Shown here: piece by piece, positions 19,765 to 28,685 of the stretch
Numbering within the stretch: the first letter of the stretch is position 1
Layout: each line of letters opens with the position of its first letter
Source: Gammaproteobacteria bacterium
GTDB taxonomy: Bacteria; Pseudomonadota; Gammaproteobacteria; Natronospirales; REEB76
Direction: 5' to 3'
Assembly: GCA_036500225.1 (NCBI GenBank)
Contig: DASYCJ010000118.1
Location: 8,784-72,783 of the forward strand
DNA: 64,000 bases
Program-made: the position numbers and the translations under genes
The notes under the pieces: generated by a model
What the model was told of the DNA's origin: nothing
Databases searched by the model: none
What the model saw: only the letters and a program-made list of their open reading frames with translations

Positions 19765-19947
19765 ATGGCTGTCCAGAAAAGTCGCGTAACCCCCTCCCGC
19801 CGTGGCCAGCGCCGTTCGCACGACGCGCTCACGGGCCCGACCCTGTCGGTCGAGTCCAGCACCGGTGAGACCCACCGTCGCCACCACATCACTGCCGACG
19901 GCTTCTACCGCGGCAAGAAGATCCTGAACACCAAGCGGGACGACTGA
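19765..19947 (+). CDS. rpmF: 50S ribosomal protein L32
   Basis: [22 protein letters not shown]..., 60 aa. Confidence 0.95.
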   Translation: MAVQKSRVTPSRRGQRRSHDALTGPTLSVESSTGETHRRHHITADGFYRGKKILNTKRDD

Positions 19948-19952
19948 CGTTC

Positions 19953-19979
19953 ATCCGCCCGCGCGTCGCGCGGGCGGAT
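19953..19979 (+). other. Perfect 12-bp GC-rich stem-loop between rpmF and plsX
   Basis: ATCCGCCCGCGC-gtc-GCGCGGGCGGAT starts 6 nt after the rpmF stop. No U-tract follows. Confidence 0.6.
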
Positions 19980-20012
19980 CCTCGACGGACTGGCATACCC
20001 GGATCCGCTCAG

Positions 20013-21041
20013 ATGAACCCCACCGTAACCATCGCACTGGATGCCATGGGCGGCGATCACGGACCTTCCGTGACCGTCCCTGCGGCTGCCAGCGTGCTCG
20101 CCAAGCATTCCGAGCTCCGGCTGATCCTGGTCGGCCGCAAGGAAGTGCTGGAACCGCTCGCGCGTCGACACAGCCACCTCGGCGATCGCCTCCAGGTGCA
20201 CCATGCTTCCCAGGAAGTGGGCATGGACGAGTTGCCGTCCCAGGCGCTGCGCGGCAAGAAAGATTCTTCCATGCGCGTGGCCATCAACTTGGTGAAGTCG
20301 GGTGAGGCGGATGCCTGCGTGAGCGCAGGCAACACCGGCGCGCTCATGGCCACGGCGCGCTTCGTGCTCAAGACCGTGAACGGCATCGACCGCCCCGCGA
20401 TCTGCGCGCTGATCCCATCCCACGGGGGCCATACCCACATGCTCGACCTCGGCGCCAATGCAGACTGCACGCCGGAACAACTGTTCCAGTTCGGCGTGAT
20501 GGGCGCGGCCCTGGCCAGCGCCGTCTACAACCTCAACGAACCCCGCGTCGGTCTGCTCAACATCGGCGAGGAAGAGATCAAGGGTAACGAGAAGGTGAAG
20601 GAAGCTGCCCGGCTGCTCACCGAGAGCCATATCAATTACATCGGCTTCGTCGAGGGCAACGACATCTTCTCCCGCGACGTGGACGTGGTGGTGACCGACG
20701 GTTTCGTCGGCAACGTCTCCCTCAAGACCATGGAAGGCCTGGCTAAGATGATCAGCCAGATCATCCGCGAGGAGTTCCGCCGCACCTACCTCACCAAGCT
20801 CCTGGCCCTGGTGGCCATGCCGGTGCTGCATGTAGTGCGCAAACGTCTCGATACCCGGCACTATAATGGTGCGAGCCTCTTGGGGCTTCGAGGGGTGGTG
20901 GTGAAGAGCCACGGCGGTGCCGACAGTGTCGGTTTCGCCAGCGCCATCCGCATCGCCATCCTCGAGGTGCAGAATAGGGTACCGCAGCGCATCGGCGCAC
21001 TGATGGAAGAACAACTGGCTCAACTGCCGGGGGACCGATGA
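20013..21041 (+). CDS. plsX: Phosphate acyltransferase PlsX
   Basis: 342 aa. [12 protein letters not shown], ...[10 protein letters not shown]... and ...[11 protein letters not shown].... Confidence 0.9.
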   Translation: MNPTVTIALDAMGGDHGPSVTVPAAASVLAKHSELRLILVGRKEVLEPLARRHSHLGDRLQVHHASQEVGMDELPSQALRGKKDSSMRVAINLVKSGEADACVSAGNTGALMATARFVLKTVNGIDRPAICALIPSHGGHTHMLDLGANADCTPEQLFQFGVMGAALASAVYNLNEPRVGLLNIGEEEIKGNEKVKEAARLLTESHINYIGFVEGNDIFSRDVDVVVTDGFVGNVSLKTMEGLAKMISQIIREEFRRTYLTKLLALVAMPVLHVVRKRLDTRHYNGASLLGLRGVVVKSHGGADSVGFASAIRIAILEVQNRVPQRIGALMEEQLAQLPGDR

Positions 21042-22012
21042 AAGAGCTCTACGCGCGCATCGCCGGCACCGGCCGCTGCCTCCCGGATCGGATACTGACC
21101 AATGCCGACCTGGAGAGGATGGTCGAGACCAGCGACGAGTGGATCAAGAGCCGTACTGGCATCGAGCGCCGCCACATCATCGCGGACGATGAGACCAACC
21201 TGGATCTCTGCGAGCGTGCGTCGCGTAACGCCATGGAGATGGCCGGCGTCACCGCCGGGGATATCGACCTGGTGATTGTCGGTACCACTACGCCTGACCA
21301 GGTGTTCCCCAACATGGGCTGCCTCTTGCAGCGCCGGCTCGGCATCCACGGTCCCATGGCTTTCAGCCTGGAAGCGGCCTGCACCGGCTTCATCTACGCC
21401 CTGAACATCGCTGAGAAGTTCGTGAAGACCGGTGCTTCCAAGCGCGCACTGGTAGTGGGGGCCGAGACCCTCTCGCGCATGGTGGACTGGACCGACCGTA
21501 ACACCTGCGTGTTGTTCGGTGACGGCGCTGGCGCCGTGGTGCTGGAAGCTTCGGAACAGCCGGGCATCCTCTCCACGCACGTGCATGCGGACGGCCAGTA
21601 CGCGGATCTTCTGTATTTCCCTTCCGGTGTGTCGAAGAAACCCGAAGATTTCCACGCCCGGCGTGACTACATCCAGATGAAGGGCAACGAGGTCTTCAAG
21701 GTGGCGGTCACCAAGCTGGGCGAAGTGGCCCAGGAAGCGCTCACTGCCAACAACATGAAGGGCGAGGAACTGGATTGGCTGGTACCGCACCAGGCCAACA
21801 TGCGCATCATCGAAGGCACTGCCAAGAAGCTCAAGCTGCCCATGGATCGGGTGGTGGTCACGGTGCAGGACCACGGCAATACCTCCACAGCCTCAGTGCC
21901 GATGGCATTGGACGTGGCGGTGCGGGATGGCCGCATCAAGCGTGGCCAGCTACTGCTGCTGGAAGCTTTCGGCGGCGGATTCACTTGGGGTTCGGCGCTG
22001 CTGCGCTTCTGA
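21038..22012 (+). CDS. fabH: 3-oxoacyl-ACP synthase III
   Basis: 324 aa. ...[14 protein letters not shown]..., active-site ...ACTGFIYAL..., ...[10 protein letters not shown]... and ...GNTSTASVP.... It has a 4-nt overlap with plsX. Confidence 0.9.
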   Translation: MKELYARIAGTGRCLPDRILTNADLERMVETSDEWIKSRTGIERRHIIADDETNLDLCERASRNAMEMAGVTAGDIDLVIVGTTTPDQVFPNMGCLLQRRLGIHGPMAFSLEAACTGFIYALNIAEKFVKTGASKRALVVGAETLSRMVDWTDRNTCVLFGDGAGAVVLEASEQPGILSTHVHADGQYADLLYFPSGVSKKPEDFHARRDYIQMKGNEVFKVAVTKLGEVAQEALTANNMKGEELDWLVPHQANMRIIEGTAKKLKLPMDRVVVTVQDHGNTSTASVPMALDVAVRDGRIKRGQLLLLEAFGGGFTWGSALLRF

Positions 22013-22035
22013 GCCGATCCAGGACAGGATGAAAT

Positions 22036-22061
22036 AAAGGGGAGCAGATGCTCCCCTTTTT
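22036..22061. terminator. Bidirectional rho-independent terminator between convergent fabH and the BNR-repeat gene
   Basis: AAAGGGGAGC-agat-GCTCCCCTTTTT, with an A-run on one side and a T-run on the other. Confidence 0.7.
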
Positions 22062-22079
22062 CGTCTCTGACTCAGCCAA

Positions 22080-25000
22080 TCATAACTTCGGGGCCGGCTT
22101 CACAGCGATCGGTTCGCCAACCAATACCGTAGGAGCACCGGCGGCGAAGGCTGCCTTGTTGTAATCCGGCACATCTTTCTGCAACAGGGCATTGAACTTA
22201 CCCAGTACGTCGCCCAACTTCGGGGTCAGTTCATTATCCAGGTCGGTCACTGACTGCAGTATCGGCTGGGGGTCGCCGGCCACGCCGAAGGACAGGAACT
22301 GTAGTTCCTCATTGAGCTTCGCTAGGTAGTGGATGTCATCCTCCGGCGCGTCTCGCTGCACGTCGGTGTTGTACACCGAAGACTTGAGGTCGCCCAGCTT
22401 CTTGGACAAGCTCTTGGCAGCCTCCGCGACCGACTTGTACTTGGCCTTGTCCGCGTCTTCCATGTCGTCTACGTGGCCGGTGAAATCATCCAGACTGCCC
22501 TTCATGGCGGTGAGGCGGTTCAACATGTCTGCGAAGGCGTCCATCTCACTGCGCAGGCGCAGTGCCATGGCGAGCTGGGTCTTGTCCTGGTCCAGGGAGA
22601 ACTGCTGGTTAGGGTCGAAGATCACTTTCGCCTGGGCGGTCTGGGTCTTGCCGTCCACCGTCACGGTGAAGTTGTAGGTCCCCGGCAGCACTAAGGGACC
22701 GCCGCTGCTGCCGCCTTCCTCGCCACTGCCGCCGCTGAACTGCTTCTCGAAGTCCAGCTTGGTGGCAGGGTCGTACTGCATGTTCCAGACGTAGCGATTG
22801 ATGCCCTGTTTCGAGGGACCATAGACGGTGGCGACGGTGGTGCCCGCCGCATCCGTGACCACGATCTTCACCGGGCTCTTGCCGTCGTCGTCGTCGTCGC
22901 CTTTGATCTCTTTCTTGAGGTAGTAATCCAACACCACGCCACCAGGCGCGTCGGGTGCACTGTAGCTCACTTGGGTTTCGCCGCCGCGGGACCAGGTCAC
23001 GTAGTGGGTGCCATCGCCGGCGCCGAACAGATGGAAGTCCTGGGAGGCGACCTTGTCATCCATCTCCTCGAAGGGGCGGATGTCATCGAATACGAACAGG
23101 CCGCGGCCATGGGTGGCCACCGCCAAGTCATGATCCATGAACTTCACGTCGAACACCGGCACCGTGGGGAAGCCAGCCTTCACTTGCTGCCAGTGGTCAC
23201 CCGCATCACGCGAATACCACATGCCGGTCATGTTGCCGAGCATGAGGAAGCCTTTCACTTCCGGGCTCTCGCGCACCACCATCACCGCCTGGTCCGGCAG
23301 GCCCTTGTCGATGCGGCTCCAGCTCTTGCCATAGTTACTGGTCTTGTAGACGTAGGCGTGTTTGTCGTCCAGTTCGTGGGCATCGAAGCCCAGGTAGGCA
23401 GTGCCCGCGTCATAAGGCGAGACGCCGATCTGGTAGACGCGAGCCCATTTTGGTGCGCCTGAAGGCGTCACTGCATTCCAGGTCTTGCCGCCATCGCGGG
23501 AGAGCTGCACCAGGCCATCGTCGGTACCCACCCAGATCACTTTCTCATCGGAGGGGGCGAGGGTGATGGAGAGAATGGTGTCGTAGGTCTCGGCGCCGGA
23601 GATGTCCTTGTTTACGGGGCCGCCGGACAGTTCCTGCTTGCTCTTGTCGTTGCGGGTCAGGTCGCCGGAGAGATCGGTCCAATGGATGCCGCCATCGGTG
23701 CTGCGAAGCAGCGCATTGCCGCCGATGTACACGGTCTGGGCATTGCTGGGAGAGACCGCGATGGGCGAGGTCCAGTTGAAGCGGTACTTGGAGTCCGCCA
23801 TCTTCATGTCCGAGATGAAACCGGGACCGTGCAGGTAGGGCACGGTGAAGACCGTGCGATGGGTCTTGGTATTGAACTGGGTGATGGCGCCGTCCTGAGC
23901 GTCCACATATACGATGTTGGGATCGCTGGGGGCGGGCACTGTGTATTCGCCATCCCCTCCTGTCACCGAGAACCAGTCATTGCCGTCCACCTGGTTGTTG
24001 GCCAGCGAACTCGAGGGGCCGCACCAGGCGCTGTTGTCTTGCAGGCCTGCGCAAAGGTTACGAGGCCAGCTGCTGTCGACCCCGACCATGTAATCCTGTG
24101 CCAGGGTCATGCCATCCAGGAAGCGCCAACTCTTGGCACCATCCAGACTCAGGTAGGCGCCGCCGTCATTTCCCTGGATGATGCGATTGGAGTCGCTGGG
24201 GTCGATCCAGATGGCGTGATGATCCACATGCACCCCCGGGTCCACATAGTGGGCGGTCTTACCGCCATCCAGGGAGCGCATCATGAAGAAGGATAGGAAG
24301 TAGACCTTGTCCGCGTCGTCTGGCGAGACCAGCATGTGCGAGAAGTAGAAGGGACGCACGTCCAGATTGTGGTTGTTGTTAGTCTTGGTCCAGCTGTCAC
24401 CCATGTCGTTGGAAGTCCACAGCAGGCCTTCACTGGGCTTGGTCTCGATCAGTGCGTAGACCCGGTCCGGGTTGCTGGGAGCCACTGCTACGGCGATACG
24501 GCCCAGGATGCCATCCGGCAGGTCTTTGCTGAGTTTCTTCCAGGTGTCGCCACCATCCAGTGAACGCCAGATGCCGCTCTCGATGCCGCCGTCGTCCATG
24601 TTCCAGGGATAGCGCACCACCTGCCACATGCCGGCGAACAACACCTTGGGGTTGGCGGGGGACATGCTGAGATCCGAGGCGCCGGTGTGCTCGCTCACGA
24701 ACAGCACCTTCTTCCAGGTCTTACCGCCGTCCACGGTCTTGAATACGCCGCGGTCGGGATTCGGTCCCCAGGTGTGGCCGATGGCAGCCACCCACACGGT
24801 GTTGGCATCCTCGGGGCTGACCAAGACCCGGGAGATCTGTCCCACGTCTTTCAGGCCCATCTGCTGCCAGGTCTTGCCAGCATCCGGCGAGAAATAGATA
24901 CCGGCGCCGTCGGTGACGTCGTTACGGATGTTGGCTTCTCCGGTGCCGACCCACACGTAGTTGGGATTGGTGGGGGCGAGGGCGATGGCGCCAATGGAGC

Positions 25001-25274
25001 CGGTGGCCTCGTGCTCGAAGATCGGACTGAAGCTCAAGCCACCGTCGGTGGTCTTCCACACGCCGCCGGCGGCGCCACCGACGTAATAGATGCTGGAGTT
25101 GCCCGGCACGCCCACCACTGCAGAGACCCGGCCGCCGGCGTTGGCCGGACCCAGGTTGCGGAACTTGAGGTTCTGGAAGGCATCGGGAGGCGCGCTATCA
25201 TCAGAGGCATAGCCCGCCGTGGCGGCGAGCGCCAGGCAGAGACCAAGGAGCAGGGATCCGGCGCGACTGTGCAT
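22080..25274 (-). CDS. Secreted BNR/Asp-box repeat protein, sortilin/VPS10-like double beta-propeller with a C-terminal helical extension
   Basis: Signal peptide MHSRAGSLLLGLCLALAATAGYA, preceded by GGAGGA. There are at least 11 Asp-box motifs (S/T-x-D-x-G-x-T/S-W), for example TTDGGLSF, SPDAGKTW, TVDGGKTW, SLDGGDTW, SNDMGDSW, STDGGIHW, SRDGGKTW and SRDAGDHW. The protein is 1064 aa from this Met; the longest ORF begins at 25322. Confidence 0.75.
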   Translation of the reverse strand: MHSRAGSLLLGLCLALAATAGYASDDSAPPDAFQNLKFRNLGPANAGGRVSAVVGVPGNSSIYYVGGAAGGVWKTTDGGLSFSPIFEHEATGSIGAIALAPTNPNYVWVGTGEANIRNDVTDGAGIYFSPDAGKTWQQMGLKDVGQISRVLVSPEDANTVWVAAIGHTWGPNPDRGVFKTVDGGKTWKKVLFVSEHTGASDLSMSPANPKVLFAGMWQVVRYPWNMDDGGIESGIWRSLDGGDTWKKLSKDLPDGILGRIAVAVAPSNPDRVYALIETKPSEGLLWTSNDMGDSWTKTNNNHNLDVRPFYFSHMLVSPDDADKVYFLSFFMMRSLDGGKTAHYVDPGVHVDHHAIWIDPSDSNRIIQGNDGGAYLSLDGAKSWRFLDGMTLAQDYMVGVDSSWPRNLCAGLQDNSAWCGPSSSLANNQVDGNDWFSVTGGDGEYTVPAPSDPNIVYVDAQDGAITQFNTKTHRTVFTVPYLHGPGFISDMKMADSKYRFNWTSPIAVSPSNAQTVYIGGNALLRSTDGGIHWTDLSGDLTRNDKSKQELSGGPVNKDISGAETYDTILSITLAPSDEKVIWVGTDDGLVQLSRDGGKTWNAVTPSGAPKWARVYQIGVSPYDAGTAYLGFDAHELDDKHAYVYKTSNYGKSWSRIDKGLPDQAVMVVRESPEVKGFLMLGNMTGMWYSRDAGDHWQQVKAGFPTVPVFDVKFMDHDLAVATHGRGLFVFDDIRPFEEMDDKVASQDFHLFGAGDGTHYVTWSRGGETQVSYSAPDAPGGVVLDYYLKKEIKGDDDDDGKSPVKIVVTDAAGTTVATVYGPSKQGINRYVWNMQYDPATKLDFEKQFSGGSGEEGGSSGGPLVLPGTYNFTVTVDGKTQTAQAKVIFDPNQQFSLDQDKTQLAMALRLRSEMDAFADMLNRLTAMKGSLDDFTGHVDDMEDADKAKYKSVAEAAKSLSKKLGDLKSSVYNTDVQRDAPEDDIHYLAKLNEELQFLSFGVAGDPQPILQSVTDLDNELTPKLGDVLGKFNALLQKDVPDYNKAAFAAGAPTVLVGEPIAVKPAPKL

Positions 25275-25375
25275 GACATCCTCCACTGATTGATGGCTCA
25301 TCCGGCCTGAAGAGCCGGTCATGGATAGGTCCTATACCCCTTAGTCAGTCCTGATGGCCCGAAGTTTCGGGTTGC

Positions 25376-25951
25376 TTAGAAATAGAAACGCGCCCTGAGG
25401 CTGGTGATGTTGGTGAACTGGCTGTCGTGGGAGTAGCTCAGGCCCAACGAGAGCCAGGAGGTGACATCCACCAGCAGCCCTACACCCGCTTCATTACTGG
25501 GCGAGTCGAGATAGTTGTGGGCCAGCCAGCCATCCAATTCGACGCGCTGCCAGGCGCGGCGGCGAAGACCCACTTCAAGCCGGTAGCCATCCTGAGTGGT
25601 GATGGTATTGAGAGCCTGGTCGCGTCGGTTGAGGTACAGGATGTCCGTATAGACGTCGGTGCGATCGTCTATGCCATCCTCGGCGGCGATACCGATGTCG
25701 TAGTCCTTGCTGCTGAGGCCCGCCGGGTAGCTGGGTTTCTGGTAACCCGCCACCAATTGTACGGCGTTCATGAAGCTATAGGACACGTCGCCGAATATGC
25801 TGCTACCGTTGCCGCCGTCCTGGGGCATCACGGTCACGTGGCCCACATCCAGGTAGTCGTAGCTGAAGTTGGGCGTGGTGGCGAGCGCTGGCAGCGGGGC
25901 CAGCAGCAGGCAGGCAGCCAAAAGTAGTGGTCTCACGGAGGTTCCCTTCAT
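25376..25951 (-). CDS. Small outer-membrane beta-barrel protein (Ax21/OmpW-like, ~190 aa)
   Basis: Signal peptide MKGTSVRPLLLAACLLLAPLPALA, alternating hydrophobic beta-strand pattern, and a C-terminal ...LRARFYF (terminal Phe OMP signature). The N-terminal ...NFSYDYLDVGHV resembles the Ax21-family start. The ATG lies 2 nt after the gspF stop. Confidence 0.65.
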   Translation of the reverse strand: MKGTSVRPLLLAACLLLAPLPALATTPNFSYDYLDVGHVTVMPQDGGNGSSIFGDVSYSFMNAVQLVAGYQKPSYPAGLSSKDYDIGIAAEDGIDDRTDVYTDILYLNRRDQALNTITTQDGYRLEVGLRRRAWQRVELDGWLAHNYLDSPSNEAGVGLLVDVTSWLSLGLSYSHDSQFTNITSLRARFYF

Positions 25952-25953
25952 GT

Positions 25954-27168
25954 TCAATGCACCATTGTATTCATATCGAAGATGGGCAGCAGCACGCCGA
26001 GCACGATCACCATCACCAGGCCGCCCATGAGCAGGATCAGCACCGGTTCGAATATGCCCACCATGCGTGCGGTCAGGGCTTCCAGCTCCCGCTCCTGATG
26101 TTGTGCTGCACGTTCCAGCATCTGCGAGAGCTGGCCGCTGGTCTCGCCGCTGGCGATGAGATGTACGGTGATGGGGGGAAACAGCCGGCTGCGGCTCAGG
26201 GCCTGGCTGATGGATGAGCCTTCGCGTACCCGCAAAGTGGCGTCCGACACCGCCTCACGCATGGGGATGTTTTCCACCACCTCACCGGAGATGCGCAGCG
26301 CTTCTAGCACCGGTACGCCAGAGCCCGCCAGGATGCTCAGGGTACGGGTGAAGCGCGCGGTGTTGAGGCCGCGTACCAGGCGGCCGACCAAAGGCAGCTT
26401 GAGCTGGCGTGCATCCCAGCGCTTGCGAACCTCGGGATTGCGGAACATATAGGAGATGCCGAAGCTTGCGGCGATCAGCAGGATCAGGAGATAGATGCCT
26501 TCATGGCGCAGGGTGTCGCTGATCCAGATCAACACCTGGGTCAGCACCGGCAGCGCCTTCTTGGACTGGATGTAGACCGCTGTGATCTTCGGCACCACGT
26601 AGATCATGAGCATGGTCACGATGAACAGGGCCACCACCGTGAGGATGACGGGGTAGAGCATGGCGAGACCGATCTTCTGCCGCAGTTGCTGCCGGCTCTC
26701 GGCGTAATCCGCCAGGCGTTCCAGCACGCCGTCCAGGTGTCCGGTGTGTTCACCGGCGGCTACTGTGGAACGGAAAATTTCGGGGAACACGTGCGGGAAC
26801 TGCCCCAGTCCCTGGGCCAGGGTGTGGCCTTCCATGACGCGGGCCCGCACCGCCAGTAGCATGCTCTTCAGGCGCGGTTTCTCGGATTGTTCCGAGGCGG
26901 CCAACAAGGCTTCTTCCACCGGCAAAGCTGAGCGCACCAGGGTGGCGAGTTGCCGTGTCACGAGTGCCAGGTCTGAGGCGCTGATGCCGCGGCCGATGCC
27001 AAAGGCCCGTGGCGCACTGCTCTCGCGCTCGGCGGCCTCGCTGACTTCCAGGGGCGTAAGGCCCTGTTCCCGCAGTTGTTGGCGTACCTGGCGCGGCGTA
27101 TCACCTTCCAGGACGCCTTTTTGTTCGCGGCCCTTGGGGTCGAGTGCGATGTAGACGAAGGCGCCCAT
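25954..27168 (-). CDS. gspF: Type II secretion system inner-membrane platform protein GspF
   Basis: 404 aa. MGAFVYIALDPKGREQKGVLEGDTPRQVRQQLREQGLTPLEV and the duplicated T2SS_F domains (...LSILAGSGVPVLEAL...). Confidence 0.9.
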   Translation of the reverse strand: MGAFVYIALDPKGREQKGVLEGDTPRQVRQQLREQGLTPLEVSEAAERESSAPRAFGIGRGISASDLALVTRQLATLVRSALPVEEALLAASEQSEKPRLKSMLLAVRARVMEGHTLAQGLGQFPHVFPEIFRSTVAAGEHTGHLDGVLERLADYAESRQQLRQKIGLAMLYPVILTVVALFIVTMLMIYVVPKITAVYIQSKKALPVLTQVLIWISDTLRHEGIYLLILLIAASFGISYMFRNPEVRKRWDARQLKLPLVGRLVRGLNTARFTRTLSILAGSGVPVLEALRISGEVVENIPMREAVSDATLRVREGSSISQALSRSRLFPPITVHLIASGETSGQLSQMLERAAQHQERELEALTARMVGIFEPVLILLMGGLVMVIVLGVLLPIFDMNTMVH

Positions 27169-27170
27169 GT

Positions 27171-28685
27171 TCAGCCTTCGCGCGTGACGCGCAGCACTTC
27201 TTCGACGCTGGTGATCCCGGCCAACACCAGGCGCTTGCCGTCGTCACGGATGCTGGGCGTGAGAGTACGAGCCTGTTTCTCCAGCGCCTGTTCGCCGCTG
27301 CCATCGTGGATCATGGAGCGCATATCCTCGTCCACCACCACCATCTCGTAGATGCCGGTGCGACCTCGGTAGCCGGTGCGCTTACAGAGTTCGCAGCCTA
27401 CTGGTTTGTACAGAGTCGGCGGCTGGGTCTTGGAGAGATCGAATACCTTGCACTCGCGCTCGCCGGCGGGATAGGGCTGCTTGCAATCGTGGCACAGGAT
27501 GCGCACCAGTCGCTGCGCCAGCATACCGAGGAGGGAGGAAGAGAGCAGGAAAGGCTCCACACCCATATCGCGCAGACGCGTGACAGCACCGACGGCAGTG
27601 TTGGTATGCAGGGTCGAGAGTACCAAGTGGCCCGTCAAGCTCGCTTGTACCGCGATCTCGGCGGTCTCCAGGTCGCGGATCTCACCCACCATCACCACGT
27701 CCGGATCCTGACGCAGGATGGCGCGCAGCCCGCGAGCGAAAGTCATCTCCACGCGCGCGTTCACCTGGGTCTGGCCGATACCGTCGATGTAGTACTCGAT
27801 AGGGTCTTCGACCGTCATGATGTTGCGGCTGCGGTCGTTGAGCCGGGTCAGGCTCGCATACAGCGTGGTGGTCTTGCCGGAGCCGGTGGGGCCCGTCACC
27901 AGGATGATGCCGTGGGGTTTGTGGATGATCTCGTTGATGAGGTCACGGGTCTTGGGGTTCATGCCCAAGTGCTCAAGGTCCAGGCGACCCGCCTGCTTAT
28001 CGAGCAAGCGCAGCACCACCCGTTCGCCGTGGCCGGAGGGGATGGTGGAGACGCGCACGTCGACCGCCCGGCCTGCGATGCGGATGGAGATGCGGCCATC
28101 CTGGGGCAGACGTTTCTCGGCGATGTCCAGCTTGGCCATAACCTTGATGCGCGACACCACCAGGGGCGCCACGCCGAGCTTACGTTCCAGCACCACTCGC
28201 AGCACGCCATCCACGCGAAAGCGCACCACCAGACGGTTCTCGAAGGGTTCGATGTGGATGTCGGAGCCGTTCTCCTTCACCGCTTCAGTGAGGAGGGCAT
28301 TGATGAGCCGGATGATGGGCGCATCGTCCTCGCTTTCGACCAGGTCCTCGGGTTCCGGGAGCGCCTGGGCGATGCTGTCGAGGTCCAGGCTGCCGTCCAG
28401 GTCGTCCATCACCATGGCGGCACCGGACTGACCCTCGTAGGCCTGCTGCAGCATTGAATCGAATTCCTCGCGGCTGACTTCCCGCAAGGTGAGCGGTACG
28501 CCGAGCACGCGGCGCGCCTCCAACAATGATTCAGGGTTCACGTCATTGCGATGCACCAGGGTCGCCGCACCGCTCTCCAGGCTCTCCACCAGGAGACCGT
28601 GACGTTTGGCGAAGGAGAAGGGGATGCGCTGGCGCGCCGCCGGTTCGCCCGCCGATACCTTAGGCAGCGCGGGCGTGGGATCCAT
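27171..28685 (-). CDS. gspE: Type II secretion system ATPase GspE
   Basis: 504 aa. ...[13 protein letters not shown]..., Walker [16 protein letters not shown], ...[12 protein letters not shown]... and the tetracysteine motif CHDCK...CELC. Confidence 0.9.
   Translation of the reverse strand: MDPTPALPKVSAGEPAARQRIPFSFAKRHGLLVESLESGAATLVHRNDVNPESLLEARRVLGVPLTLREVSREEFDSMLQQAYEGQSGAAMVMDDLDGSLDLDSIAQALPEPEDLVESEDDAPIIRLINALLTEAVKENGSDIHIEPFENRLVVRFRVDGVLRVVLERKLGVAPLVVSRIKVMAKLDIAEKRLPQDGRISIRIAGRAVDVRVSTIPSGHGERVVLRLLDKQAGRLDLEHLGMNPKTRDLINEIIHKPHGIILVTGPTGSGKTTTLYASLTRLNDRSRNIMTVEDPIEYYIDGIGQTQVNARVEMTFARGLRAILRQDPDVVMVGEIRDLETAEIAVQASLTGHLVLSTLHTNTAVGAVTRLRDMGVEPFLLSSSLLGMLAQRLVRILCHDCKQPYPAGERECKVFDLSKTQPPTLYKPVGCELCKRTGYRGRTGIYEMVVVDEDMRSMIHDGSGEQALEKQARTLTPSIRDDGKRLVLAGITSVEEVLRVTREG

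Noticed and set aside
19905-21874. 372-aa and 284-aa minus-strand ORFs opposite plsX and fabH
   Set aside because: Same reasoning: they are antisense to strongly conserved genes and show no motifs.
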